NCBI GenBank assembly: GCA_951406725.2
Contig: OX597821.1
Location: forward strand, 93,806,001 to 93,870,000
DNA length: 64,000 nt
Direction of reading: 5' to 3'
Source: Octopus vulgaris
Taxonomy: Eukaryota
Both the position numbers and the translations under genes were made by a program. Each line of letters begins with the position of its first letter. Within the stretch, counting starts at the first letter, position 1. Positions 52,496 to 64,000 of this stretch are shown here, in pieces. Below the pieces are notes generated by a model. The model searched no databases. It saw only the letters and a list, made by a program, of their open reading frames with translations, and was not told where the DNA came from.

Positions 52496-52529
<34 letters not shown>

Positions 52530-52575
52530 CATACGTACCTGCATATATACATACATACATACATATATACATACA

Positions 52576-52609
<34 letters not shown>

Positions 52610-52759
52610 CATACATACATACCTGCATACATACATAGATACATACATACCTACATACATACGTACATACATACATACATACATTCATACATACATACAT
52701 ACCTGCATACATACATACATACATACATACATACATACATACATACATACATACATACA

Positions 52760-52793
<34 letters not shown>

Positions 52794-52806
52794 CATACAT
52801 ACATAC
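51497..52806. repeat. 1.3-kb (CATA)n tetranucleotide array with CCTG/CGTA/TAAT interruptions
   Basis: direct inspection. Confidence 0.97.
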
Positions 52807-53220
52807 GCACGCACGCGTGTGTTATTCGACCCCACTGTTTCGTATCGCTTACCTCCCTTTAGTTTCTATGATTCAGTGATTTTGAAAGCTGTCAAAATAC
52901 TGTAGTCCATCTGAGCACTGATTTCAATAAATTCGTTTATATTTTCCTCAGTTGATCATTAAGATATTTATTTGTATTCTGAAATTTACTATCACGATAT
53001 TTTTTTTTTTTTACTAATGAATGGGATTATTTAAATGTTTTTAATCGTTTATTTAGTGATACTGAAATCTTATATAATATGTATAGGCGTTAAATTAAAA
53101 TTTTACTGCTGAATTTTAGGTCTTAGATAATAAATAAATGGTTTAACGATTTTACAGAATCAATTATAAAAAATTTTACACTTTCTGTTTAATACGAGAG
53201 GTAAAGTTTGCTAGATGTTA

Positions 53221-53609
53221 TCTTTATATATAAAAGAAAGGTTGTGTGTCTGTCTACTCCGATTTAGATTCCCTAACTACTCCCACATTTTGCGGTGCAG
53301 TTTAACCAAAACCGGGTATCTTATAGTCGTGATTCATATCGAGCCCTTCTGGGTATTAGCGCGCGTCTACGATGAGTCTACGATTTTAAAAATAATTTAC
53401 CATCATTTTTTTCCATTTTAATGCATATTTTTTCGCTATTATATAAGGGAAGTAACTCTCTAAAAATGTCTACGATGAGTCAACGATTTAAAAAAAAATT
53501 TACCATAATTTTTTTTCCATTTTTAATGCATTCTTTGGCTATAACTCTCTAAAAATACTTTATAGTTATTTCCCTTACAAACCCGAGCAACGCCGGGCGA
53601 TACTGCTAG
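53221..53609 (+). mobile_element. non-autonomous Helitron
   Basis: A|TCTTTATATATAAAA ... CCCGAGCAACGCCGGG ... CTAG|T. Confidence 0.9.
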
Positions 53610-54692
53610 TATATATATAAAAAAGATCTGGATATGCCTTAGAGGAAACGGTCAGCATAGCCTTTGTGTAGGAAACTTATCTGGAGAGAATAATGTGCTT
53701 AAACTAAGGTTGAAATTGATATGCTTATATCCAAAGTATTGTTGGATATGTCAGTCAGTTGCTTTAAGGTTTGCAGCTAAGCACTGCATGACGTAGTCTT
53801 TTAGTCATTGTTCAATTTTGAGAGCAGACTTTATTATTAACGACATTTCAACCGTGGCCTTCCCGTTTTGTTTTTCTTTTTCAAGGATATCTCGGACTAT
53901 ATTATCTGTGTCCTTTCCTTATTTAAGTTGGTTAAGTGTGAATTTAGAGATATATGACAGCTGCTTTTTAGTAGATCGGACATCCACTTAAATATCTACT
54001 TTTTGGCTCGATTGTGAAACATACTACTTCAATCTATTTGATGATTCTTTAATATGGTAGTCTGCCAAATTCTTCTCAACTTCCTTGAAAATTAAAAAAA
54101 AATGTTTATTGTAAACCGATACTACATGAACAATGAAGTCGAAACTTCAAATACTGTTAAAATATTTCTAAATTTAAAACTTTCGAATTCAACCTTATTA
54201 AAATATCCATCGTATTTACATTGTAAAAACATTGTAGCATTTGTCTCATGGTATATATTATGTAATATCTTATTCATGAAAAAACCAATCATGGGATTAA
54301 TTTTACCGTGACTAGAAAGGTTACTTTAATTTTAGTACTGCACCAACTCTTACCAAAAAGTTACTTCCTATTCTAAACGGTACTAATGTAAAAGGGGGCT
54401 TTACAATATCACCTCCTTTAACATCTGTCTCTATCATTCATTGGCCCCTCTCTTACTACCAACGTCGCATCTATTTTAAGCTATAAGGGGAGTATCTACG
54501 TCAAATACCCACCAAATCATAGCATATTTCCTTAATAAAGGAACTCCATTTAATAATGTAGTTTGAGACCATTATGTTGGCTGAAAAAAAAGGAAAGATA
54601 AGATGGGATTGTCACAGCGGAAACATCTTTCATCATAGATCTATAGGGCAACTGGATCAACGCTGAGCTCTGGCTAAACATTATATATATTA

Positions 54693-55095
54693 CTAGCAGT
54701 ATCGCCCGGCGTTGCTCGGGTTTGTAAGGGAAATAATTATATAAGCATTTTTAGATAGTTATAGCCAAAAAATAGCAAAAAAATGCATTAGAAAAGGGAA
54801 AAAAAAATGATGGTAAATTTTTTTTTAAATCGTTGACTCATCGTACACATTTTTAGAGAGTTAATTCCCTTATATAATAGCGAAAAAATGCATTAAAATG
54901 GAAAAAAATGATGGTAAATTATTTTTAAAATCGTAGACTCATCGTAGACGCGCGCTAATACCCAGAAGGGCTCGATATGAATCACGACTATAAGATACCC
55001 GGTTTTGGTTAAACTGCACCGCAAAATATGGGAGTAGTTAGGAATCTAAATCGTAGGAGACAGACACACAACCTTACTTTTATATATAAAGAAGA
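54693..55095 (-). mobile_element. non-autonomous Helitron
   Basis: reverse complement of 53221-53609. Confidence 0.9.
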
Positions 55096-55469
55096 TATAT
55101 GAGATATACAGCGGATATACAAACTAGAAATTACAGCCAAATCGCCCCCCGTATTACTCCCTACCGTTTTAAAAACGGAAGGCTTTTATTGCGTAATGTA
55201 GTCCTATATGCACTGTGTATGAATAAAAGACGGGTTGATAGCGCCAGAAACATCTATTGTGATAGTGACAAGCTGGATCAGGGTTGACCTGGAGACTAAA
55301 AAAAAACACTACAATCACTCCTACAACTGTACTACAATGCAGGAAAAGGCGAGAGGTGCATGTAATGCGAGCACGTACTTGTATGTATGCGTGCATATGT
55401 GTGTGTGCGTGCACGTGCATGCGTGCGTGTGTGTGTGTATGTATCATTGGTGCAGTAACGGGATATCTG

Positions 55470-55894
55470 TGACGTCATGGCTCTGATATCACACTGCAAA
55501 AAATAAATAAATAATAATAATAATATTAATAAAAAAACAATATCAAACGTACCATATAACTAAACCAGGAAAGTAGTTTAATAAACGAACGAGTGCAGAG
55601 GAATATGGAATAGAGAGAAACATAACATAATCAATAAAATAAAAGGAATAAATAAAAGGAAACCAGACATTCTCAGCGTTCGTTAAATCCATACTTATAT
55701 TCTTTATGGAGTGGTTGAGATCCAGCAGGCATTTATCTAGTGTGTGTGTATGTGTTTGTGTGCGTGTGTATACGTTTGTTATTTGTGAGTGTGTGAGTTT
55801 ATGTGAGTGCATGATCAGATGTAGTTTGCGCTTGTCGCTCGGATTTTGCATCTTAAAATACTAGTAATATACTCAGATGAGGTCAGATGACTCA
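55470..55894. promoter_or_regulatory. candidate promoter/enhancer: CRE TGACGTCA (55470), TGAGGTCA (55878), AP-1 TGACTCA (55888)
   Basis: perfect motifs in CpG-retaining DNA about 0.8-1.3 kb upstream of a start-codon exon; motif matches alone are weak. Confidence 0.35.
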
Positions 55895-55956
55895 ATTGCT
55901 AGATGTAGTATTTCCTTTATATATATATATATTTTTTTTTTTTATGTGTTTACTCC

Positions 55957-56007
<51 letters not shown>

Positions 56008-56062
56008 ATGTATATGTATGTATATGTATGTGTGTGCGTGTAAGATAGATAGACAGACAGAC

Positions 56063-56138
<76 letters not shown>

Positions 56139-56736
56139 TGGAAGTCGCTTATTGGGATCATCTTGGTGGGTGGAGGCTTTTTGAATATCTATGACCGGCT
56201 AATAGCATTAACCAGAGGGTAGAGCAGCAATATTGCGAATGTGTTTGGGACCCAGTTTTTGATATTAATAACCGTATGTTAACATTATTGTGATTACATT
56301 AAGCGGTCTCCTCAGAGCGTGTAAATAAAAATAAAACCTTGATTTTATTTTTAGAGAGTAGAAATTTCATTTTGATTTCATCTCTCTTCTAGTCGTAAGC
56401 AGAATGTGTTATATATATTATATATATATATGCATATCTATATGTGTGTGTAATACAGAGAAAGAGAGGTACATGCACACATACACACGCACATAGACAG
56501 ACAGACACACACACACACACTCTCTTTCTCTCACACACAAACATACACATGTATGAAATCGATGTAGAATATGACGGAATGATAACACCGCTATTCTTAT
56601 TCCGGAATAACGGTGGATCAAAATTACCGAATGCATAGGCCTAACCTTAGCGAGAGAAAGAAGCAGTAGACTTTTGGAGGAAGCGACTTTAAGCTTCTAA
56701 TTTTTTTTTTTTCCTAATCTTACAGAAGTCAAAATC

Positions 56737-56780
56737 ATGGCTTCGACCGGACAGAGAGCTTTTGCTCATATGCTAAATAA
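56737..56780 (+). CDS. probable first coding exon of an unidentified host gene (MASTGQRAFAHMLN..., phase 2); exon 56726-56780
   Basis: (T)13CCTAATCTTACAG acceptor, AAAATCATGG start context, AA|GTAAGT consensus donor. Confidence 0.65.
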
Positions 56781-56939
56781 GTAAGTTTCTTAATTTCCTC
56801 GGCTATGTCATTATTTATATCGCCATCGCGAGTGTCTTTTTGGGTTTTTTTTTTTTGCAATTAACCCACCTCGATTGTATGTCTTCTTCCCTGTTTTCTC
56901 CAACCTTATTTCAAACAATGATCAGCATCCCTTATATAC

Positions 56940-57271
56940 ATTTATATATAACCTAATATAAAACAATTCCTTTTTTTAATATTCCTATGGTTATATTAAT
57001 TATTGGGGGTCGAATGAACATCCCCGTTTGGCTACTTAATTGCCTTGCTTGCCGCTAAACCTGCAACGGTACCCTAAAACTGTTATGGTACCCCGATTGC
57101 ATTTATATGACTTAATATAAAACACAAATTCCTTTTTTAATATTCCTATAGTTAATTATTGGGGGTAATTGGGGGTCGAATGAACATCCCCGTTTGGCTA
57201 CTTAATTGCCTACTGGTACTTGTCGCTAAACCTGCAACGGTACCCTAAAACTGTTATGGTACCCCGATTGC
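56940..57271. repeat. tandem duplication of about 165 bp
   Basis: two copies of ATTTATAT..TAATATAAAAC...GGGGGTCGAATGAACATCCCC...GGTACCCCGATTGC. Confidence 0.9.
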
Positions 57272-57591
57272 CAAATGATTAACTGTATTATTAGTTCCGT
57301 CTTCTTGTTCCACTTAAAATCTTAATATACGTAGAATTTATTTTAAAGGATCTCTTCCTTACATGCTTCCTGTATTCTCGTGTATATCTTTATGTTTGTT
57401 GACATATTCATCCATACAAAACAATCTATTATAATATTCCCTCTCTCATATGTACACACGCGCCCACTCATCTATCTATCTATCTATCTATCTATCTATT
57501 TATCTATCTATAATCTATCTGTCTATCTATCTACCTATCAATCTATCTATAATCTATCTTTCTTTCTATCTATCTATCTATCTATCCATCC

Positions 57592-57645
<54 letters not shown>

Positions 57646-58010
57646 ATATATATATATATCATCTATATATCTATCTATCATCTATCTATCTATCTCTATC
57701 CCTCTCTCTCATATATATATATATACATATCCCTTTCTATCTATCTACGTGTGTATACATATATCTTTTATGCATGTTAATATTATGTATATTTAAATTG
57801 AAACATATATAATGTATGTACGATAGATGTTGTTATATTTTTTCATAATCTGATACATCTTTTAATGGGTGATTAATTTGATTTAACACGGATGATTATT
57901 TCCGTCTTTCATATAAATGAATAGAGACGAATAGGCATCCCTAAATGTAATTTGTGTAAAGACTTTCCTGGGAAACACATACGATGTAATAGCACACACA
58001 CACGTATATA

Positions 58011-58067
<57 letters not shown>

Positions 58068-58214
58068 TTAAGGGTAGAAATTGATATTAGTCAATTAAAA
58101 CCAGTGGTCTAGCATATTAAAAAGAATCCGAAGATTAAAATATTTATATATACCAATTAAGGACGTCTATATCTAGCATGTTGACTGTCCACTTTTCGTG
58201 TTCAGTCCTTAATT

Positions 58215-58273
<59 letters not shown>

Positions 58274-58952
58274 TAAGTTGGAGTAGGCGAGAAGATTGGT
58301 GAAGGAGAAGGGAACAACACCAAAGAGTAAATAAGATTATTAGTAGAAACAAAAATACCCTTATAATTATTATTAGTATTATTATTATTATTGTTTCTAC
58401 GAATTAACAATGTCTTATATGATTGACACAAAGTCTGACATTTCCACAGGAAGTGGGGGGGGGGATGGAGAATTAATAATCTTAGTTGATCTCTTCTGTT
58501 ACATGGACTATTTATTCAAATTGCAGCCCTTTGGATACAGGACGTTGATAAAAGAACAAGGTACTTAGATCGGTGCTCTTCCGTTTCGTGTAATGTGTAG
58601 TTCCCAGAATATATCTCAAAACATTTTAATAAGTCTTGAATTCGTTATTCGAATAGATCTTCCACATAAATATAGACACGCTATCAATAGTGTTCACTCC
58701 CACATATATGGGTTGCTGCACGTTGGTGTTTACAGATGCTGGGAATAGTACTTAGTACATTAGTATAAATGAAATTTATGTATTTTATTAGAAAGCGAAG
58801 GTTCTTAAATTGGAATGTTGGAATTTAATGTTTTCGATTATTCGAACAATTTACTTTAAATTATCCGATTATTGAAATTAAATTATTAAATTGTTGAATA
58901 ACTGAAATCGTTATAATCAGAGTTATAGATAGATAAATAGATAGGTAGATAG

Positions 58953-59027
<75 letters not shown>

Positions 59028-60014
59028 CAAATATATAGATAGATAGATAGATAGACAAATAGATAGATACATAGAGATAAATAGATAGAATGTATAGATG
59101 GATAGATAGATAAAGATAAATAGACAGATAGATCGACAGACTTTGTAAGAGGTATCACGAACACAGTAACAAGTACTCGACACATTACGTAGAGTATGTT
59201 TTATAATAGTAAGAAGACTGCTTTAAGTTTCATGCCAACAAACCAATCATCAGATGGTTTTTCAACGAAGAATTTTATTTAAAACAAATAAATAAATAAA
59301 TAAATAAAATTCATTACTGAAAATTTTTTTTTTTTTCCGACGTGAAATTTAATCATGAAACAGAAGTCATTGAAATGTGTGTGTGTGTAAGCATATATTC
59401 ATTTGCTTATACTATATCAAATTCTGCTATGAGTATCTGACCGAAACCAGCGGTTATACATACATCAGACGTGTGTGTTTGTGTTCTTACACAGAATCTA
59501 TATATATTTGTAAACATTTATTGGAAATATACTGCTAATGACATTCGTGCTAATACTTATGTGTGTTAAAGTCAAAGCTTGAAATTTTCGAGTGCGTGTC
59601 TATTTCATTTATGACAATGTGTATTTGTGTATATCTCTTGTGTATGTCAACAAGATTCTCTTGCAAATCTACGCGTACTAACTACACACATTTAGAACGG
59701 AAGCTATTAAGTTTAGCATTTTTATTATACAAACACATTATCCACACGCATGCACGTGTGCGTGTGAGTATAAGTAAAATATAACAAAGGCGACCAGTGG
59801 TGAATATCCTGTCTATTAAAAAAAATTTATTTTAGACATAATGCATCAAGGAATATAATATCTTTTTAAAGAGTGTAGTGTTTGAGTAGAAGTTTGGCTG
59901 TTATTTCTAGCTGATTTAACGACCACATAGTGGCTCCGGCACCTTCATTGACTCATCTTATAAAAAGGACTGGTTGGCCTGGTGGCTGAAGTGGTAGAAC
60001 TCCACACTAAATGT

Positions 60015-60226
60015 CTTACTCTTTACTCTTTTACTTGTTTCAGTCATTTGACTGCGGCCATGCTGGAGCACCGCCTTTAATCGAGCAAATCGACCCCGGG
60101 ACTTATTCTTTGTAAGCCCAGTACTTATTCTACCTGTCTTTTTTGCCGAACCGCTAAGTGACGGGGACGTAAACACCAGCATCGGTTGTCAAGCAATGCT
60201 AGAGGGACAAACACAGACATACAAAC

Positions 60227-60257
<31 letters not shown>

Positions 60258-60430
60258 CATATATACGACAGGCTTCTTTCAGTTTCCGTCTACCAAATCC
60301 ACTCACAAGGCTTTGGTCGGCCCGGGGCTATAGCAGAAGACACTTGCCCAAGATGCCACTCAGTAGGACTGAACCCGGAAGCATGTTGGTTGGTTAGCAA
60401 GCTACTTACTACACAGCCACTCCTGCGTCT
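60015..60430 (-). mobile_element. SINE family A
   Basis: reverse complement of family A. Confidence 0.9.
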
Positions 60431-60892
60431 TATACTGTTTATTTTCAACTCTACACATTCTGAGTTCAAATGACAGAATGGAACTAATTCAAAGGTTAAG
60501 TTGGACAAATCGACCACAGTACTTATTTTTGGGACTGTGACTTATTCTATTGATTTGTTTTGTTAAGCTACTAAATTACAGGGGCATAAATAAACCAACA
60601 AAGGTTGTCAAGCAGTGGCGGGAGACAAATGTAATACAAACACAAAAGACATTCATTTACATACATATATGTATATGTGTGTGTGTATCATAAGCTTCTT
60701 TCTGTTTCCGTCAACTAAATTCACACATAAGGCTTTGGTTGACCTGGAGCTACAGTAGAAGACACCTGCCCAAGGTACCATGCAGTGGGACTGAACCCAA
60801 GACCACATGATTGGGAAGCAAGCTTCTTAACCATACAGCCAATGACTGCATCTATAGCCATGCTTCCATCTCACTGATATACATTTATATTA

Positions 60893-61299
60893 CCGTGGCC
60901 TTTTGCCAGCCTCGTCTGGCACCTGTGCCAGTGGCACATAAAAAGCACCATCCGACCGTGGCCGTTTGCCAGCCTCGTCTGGCACCTGTGCCAGTGGCAC
61001 GTAAAAAGCACCATCTGACCGTGGCCGTTTGCCAGCCTCGTCTGGCACCTGTGCCAGTGGCACGTAAAAAGCACCATCTGACCATAGCCATTTGCCAGCC
61101 TCGTCTGGCACCTGTGCCAGTGGCACGTAAAAAGCACCCACTACACTCACGGAGTGGTTGGCGTTAGGAAGGGCATCCAGCCGTAGAAACATTGCCAGAT
61201 CAGACTGGAGCCTGGTGCAGCCTTCTGGCTTCCCAGACCTCAGTTGCACCATCCAACCCATGCCAGCATGGAAAGCAGACGCTAAACGATGATGATGAT
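60893..61299 (+). mobile_element. SINE family C with four 62-bp tandem units
   Basis: GCCAGCCTCGTCTGGCACCTGTGCCAGTGGCACGTAAAAAGCACC x4, then core and (GAT)n. Confidence 0.88.
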
Positions 61300-64000
61300 G
61301 TATCAGTTAGATAAAATACCAGTGAAGTACAGGGTCCAGTTTAATGGGCTGAACCTTCCCCACCAGATTTCTTACCTTATGCTTATTCAAAGTATAGGTC
61401 CAGCTTATTTTAGGTAAGAAGTTTGCATCCCAACCAAATGGTTTTCGATTTAGTCCCACTGTGGCTTCTTCTATAACCCTGGGTCAACCAAAGCCTTGTG
61501 AGTAGATTTTGTTGTGTGTGTGTGGGTGTGTGTATATGTCTTGTGTCTCCTTGTCTTGACATTGTGAAATAGTTGTAAATGAGTGTCACTGTTGTACATG
61601 CGGTGTCATTCATTTCCAGTATTCTGCATAGAAATGTCTGGTCATGGGAAAATATTACGTGATGATGGGTCAGTGACATAGCTAATAAGGGATCAAGGGG
61701 AGCAGTCTCCTCCCAACCCAGCACATTTTTCAAAATTGGCACTTTTTTACCAATTTTTAAAAAGATCTTTAGTTACCTGGATCAGTAGTTGTAAGTCTCA
61801 TATATTATGATACTGTTACATATATTATAACTTGATGAAATATTTTGGGCATTATAAGAGAGGTGAGTCGATAATTGAATGGTACATGTCACAGCACCTT
61901 TTTTTTATATGCTTGCTCCCACTAACTTCAGAACCTCACTACACCTCTGTGATGGTTGACAACAGGGAAGACATCCAGCCATTGAAAATCTGCTCCAAAA
62001 ATCTCTGGAAAACTGGATATTGAAATGATGATGTGTGTTTTTATGATGGCATATGTTTGACATGTCCTCAGCACTTTGTCTCTTGTCTTGGGCCGTTGTT
62101 GTCTGGCATACACACATGGCAACAGAGTGAATAGTCAAATTTTGTTGTTCTGTGTGTCATGGCTTTTTTGGCACAGTGTTTATGGCTGCCCTTCCTATCA
62201 CCTGCCATTTTAAAGCAGGGGTTTGGTACATTTGTCATACTACTAATACTACTGCTTCATGACTAAACTGTACTCTTTACCATGTATCAGTTTTTATGTG
62301 GAGTTACTGCTCTCCTGGAGGAGTAATAATGTCTGGATAAATACTTATACAGAAAAACTAAAAATAAGTGATATAAGCATACTCAGTTGAAGGCAGTGCT
62401 TCAGTTGGCATAAGCCATTATTGCTAAGCCAACCTATAAAAATTTCAGATCTAGGAAATGTCTAGGGTGCTCCAAGACATATCTCTTCAGACTGACAAAA
62501 TTATCATAGTAGACTACTATTCAGATATCATAATGAAATGAAGGAAGATAAGTGTATACGTATACTCTGATAGACATTTTAATACTTTTCGATTAGAAAA
62601 ACACCTGGAGGCCTCAAAGAAAACTTATCCAATGAAACAATCTCAAAACTGGAAATATGAGACAACATTGATATAATTTATTCTGTCGACACGTATTTAG
62701 CTTAGCTAACTGAAAGAGATTAAGAGTGAAACAAGCAGCATCAGTAAGAGCTGGAATACTGGTAAATCATCATCATCATCATCATCGTTTAACGTCCGCT
62801 TTCCATGCTAGCATGGGTTGGATGGTGCAATTGGAGTCTGGGAAGCCAGAAGGCTGCACCAGGCTCCGGTCTTATCTGGCAATGTTTCTACAGCTGGATG
62901 CCCTTCCTAACGCCAACCACTCCGTGAGTGTAGTGGGTGCATTTTACGTGCCACCTGCACGGAAGCCAGTCGAGGCGGCACTTGCTTCGGCCTAATGAAT
63001 AACATAAACAAAAACATAAAAACCATAGCCGAGCTCACAACTTTAAATACTGTCCGGACAGCAATCATTACTAGGCACTTTAGAACATTCTATGGGAGGT
63101 GCTTTTAGTTTGCTTACACAGCCCAAACTATTGATCCTTTCAGGGTCAATAAAATAAGTACCAGTTGAACTCTGGGGTTGATGCTATTTCCCTACCCACT
63201 CACCTGAAAGTGCTGGCCTTGTACCAATATTTGAAACCAATATTATAGCACACTTTACTCATGCATATCCTATAAATTCATCTTCCAATACACAACATAT
63301 TCACCACCCAGTACTATAACATGCCTTATACGGCACATTATTCTGCAATTACCTGACCATGAAATAACACAACTTAATCATCTCCCAGTATTACAACATA
63401 ACTATTCTGCACCACACAAATAATTTCCGCTATAACACAACTTAAGGGCAGCAAACTGGCAGAATTGTTACAGCAATTTATGTTCTAAGTTCAAATTCTG
63501 CAGAGGTTGACTTTGCCTTTCATCCTTTCAGGGTCAATAAAATAAGTACCAGTTGAACTTTGGGGTTGATGTTAATACCCTACCCACCCACCCCACCAAA
63601 ATTGCTGGCCTTGTACCAATATTTGAAACCAATATTATAGCACACCGTACTCATTGCATATCCTATAAAATCATCTTCCAGTTTTGTAACACCTATTTGC
63701 AAACCACATATTCCACACAAATACCTATCAATTTTATAACACAACTTAGAAATTGCATATTCTTATACAATCACTTCCTAATACTAATCACATCACATAT
63801 TTGACACGGTAACTTCCCAACACTATCATACAACCGCTGGAAGAAAACAACAGCAAAACAACGCAAAAGGAAATATTAAGACAAAACCCCACTATTACAG
63901 CAAATTAAATGTAACGAATTCCTTCCTTTCTTTCCTTCAAACATAATTCTATACTCATACAATGGAACATAAAGGTGTAGCTAGAGAAGTAGCACAAGAA

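Noticed and set aside
60893-61140. CRISPR-like array
   Set aside because: Units are contiguous tandem copies with no unique spacers or cas genes, in eukaryotic SINE context

Overview
Repeat-dominated, AT-rich animal genomic DNA, most likely an octopus or other cephalopod (inferred from the SINE families and the extreme microsatellite load, not proven). No complete host gene is visible. The only long intact ORF belongs to a 5,150-bp Ty3/Gypsy LTR retrotransposon (30539-35688). It has 528-bp LTRs with one visible mismatch, an AGCT TSD, a tRNA-Trp PBS and an open PR-RT-RH-IN frame, but its Gag is reduced to the nucleocapsid end with no capsid domain. It sits inside a tRNA-derived SINE (12-bp TSD), which itself sits inside a decayed piggyBac, and a related solo LTR (AACT TSD) lies about 3 kb upstream. 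The window also holds several Penelope-like fragments with hammerhead ribozyme motifs (one apparently intact at 5016-5098, minus strand) and long palindromes. Other elements include DD36E Tc1 remnants, a mariner remnant, three non-autonomous Helitrons, piggyBac/hAT/Merlin-like MITEs, RTE/CR1/R4-like LINE fragments and dozens of SINEs. Host-gene signals are limited to a probable first coding exon (56726-56780, MASTGQRAFAHMLN...) and a probable promoter with a micro-exon near 23.6-23.8 kb. Most ORFs in the supplied track are microsatellite or SINE artefacts.
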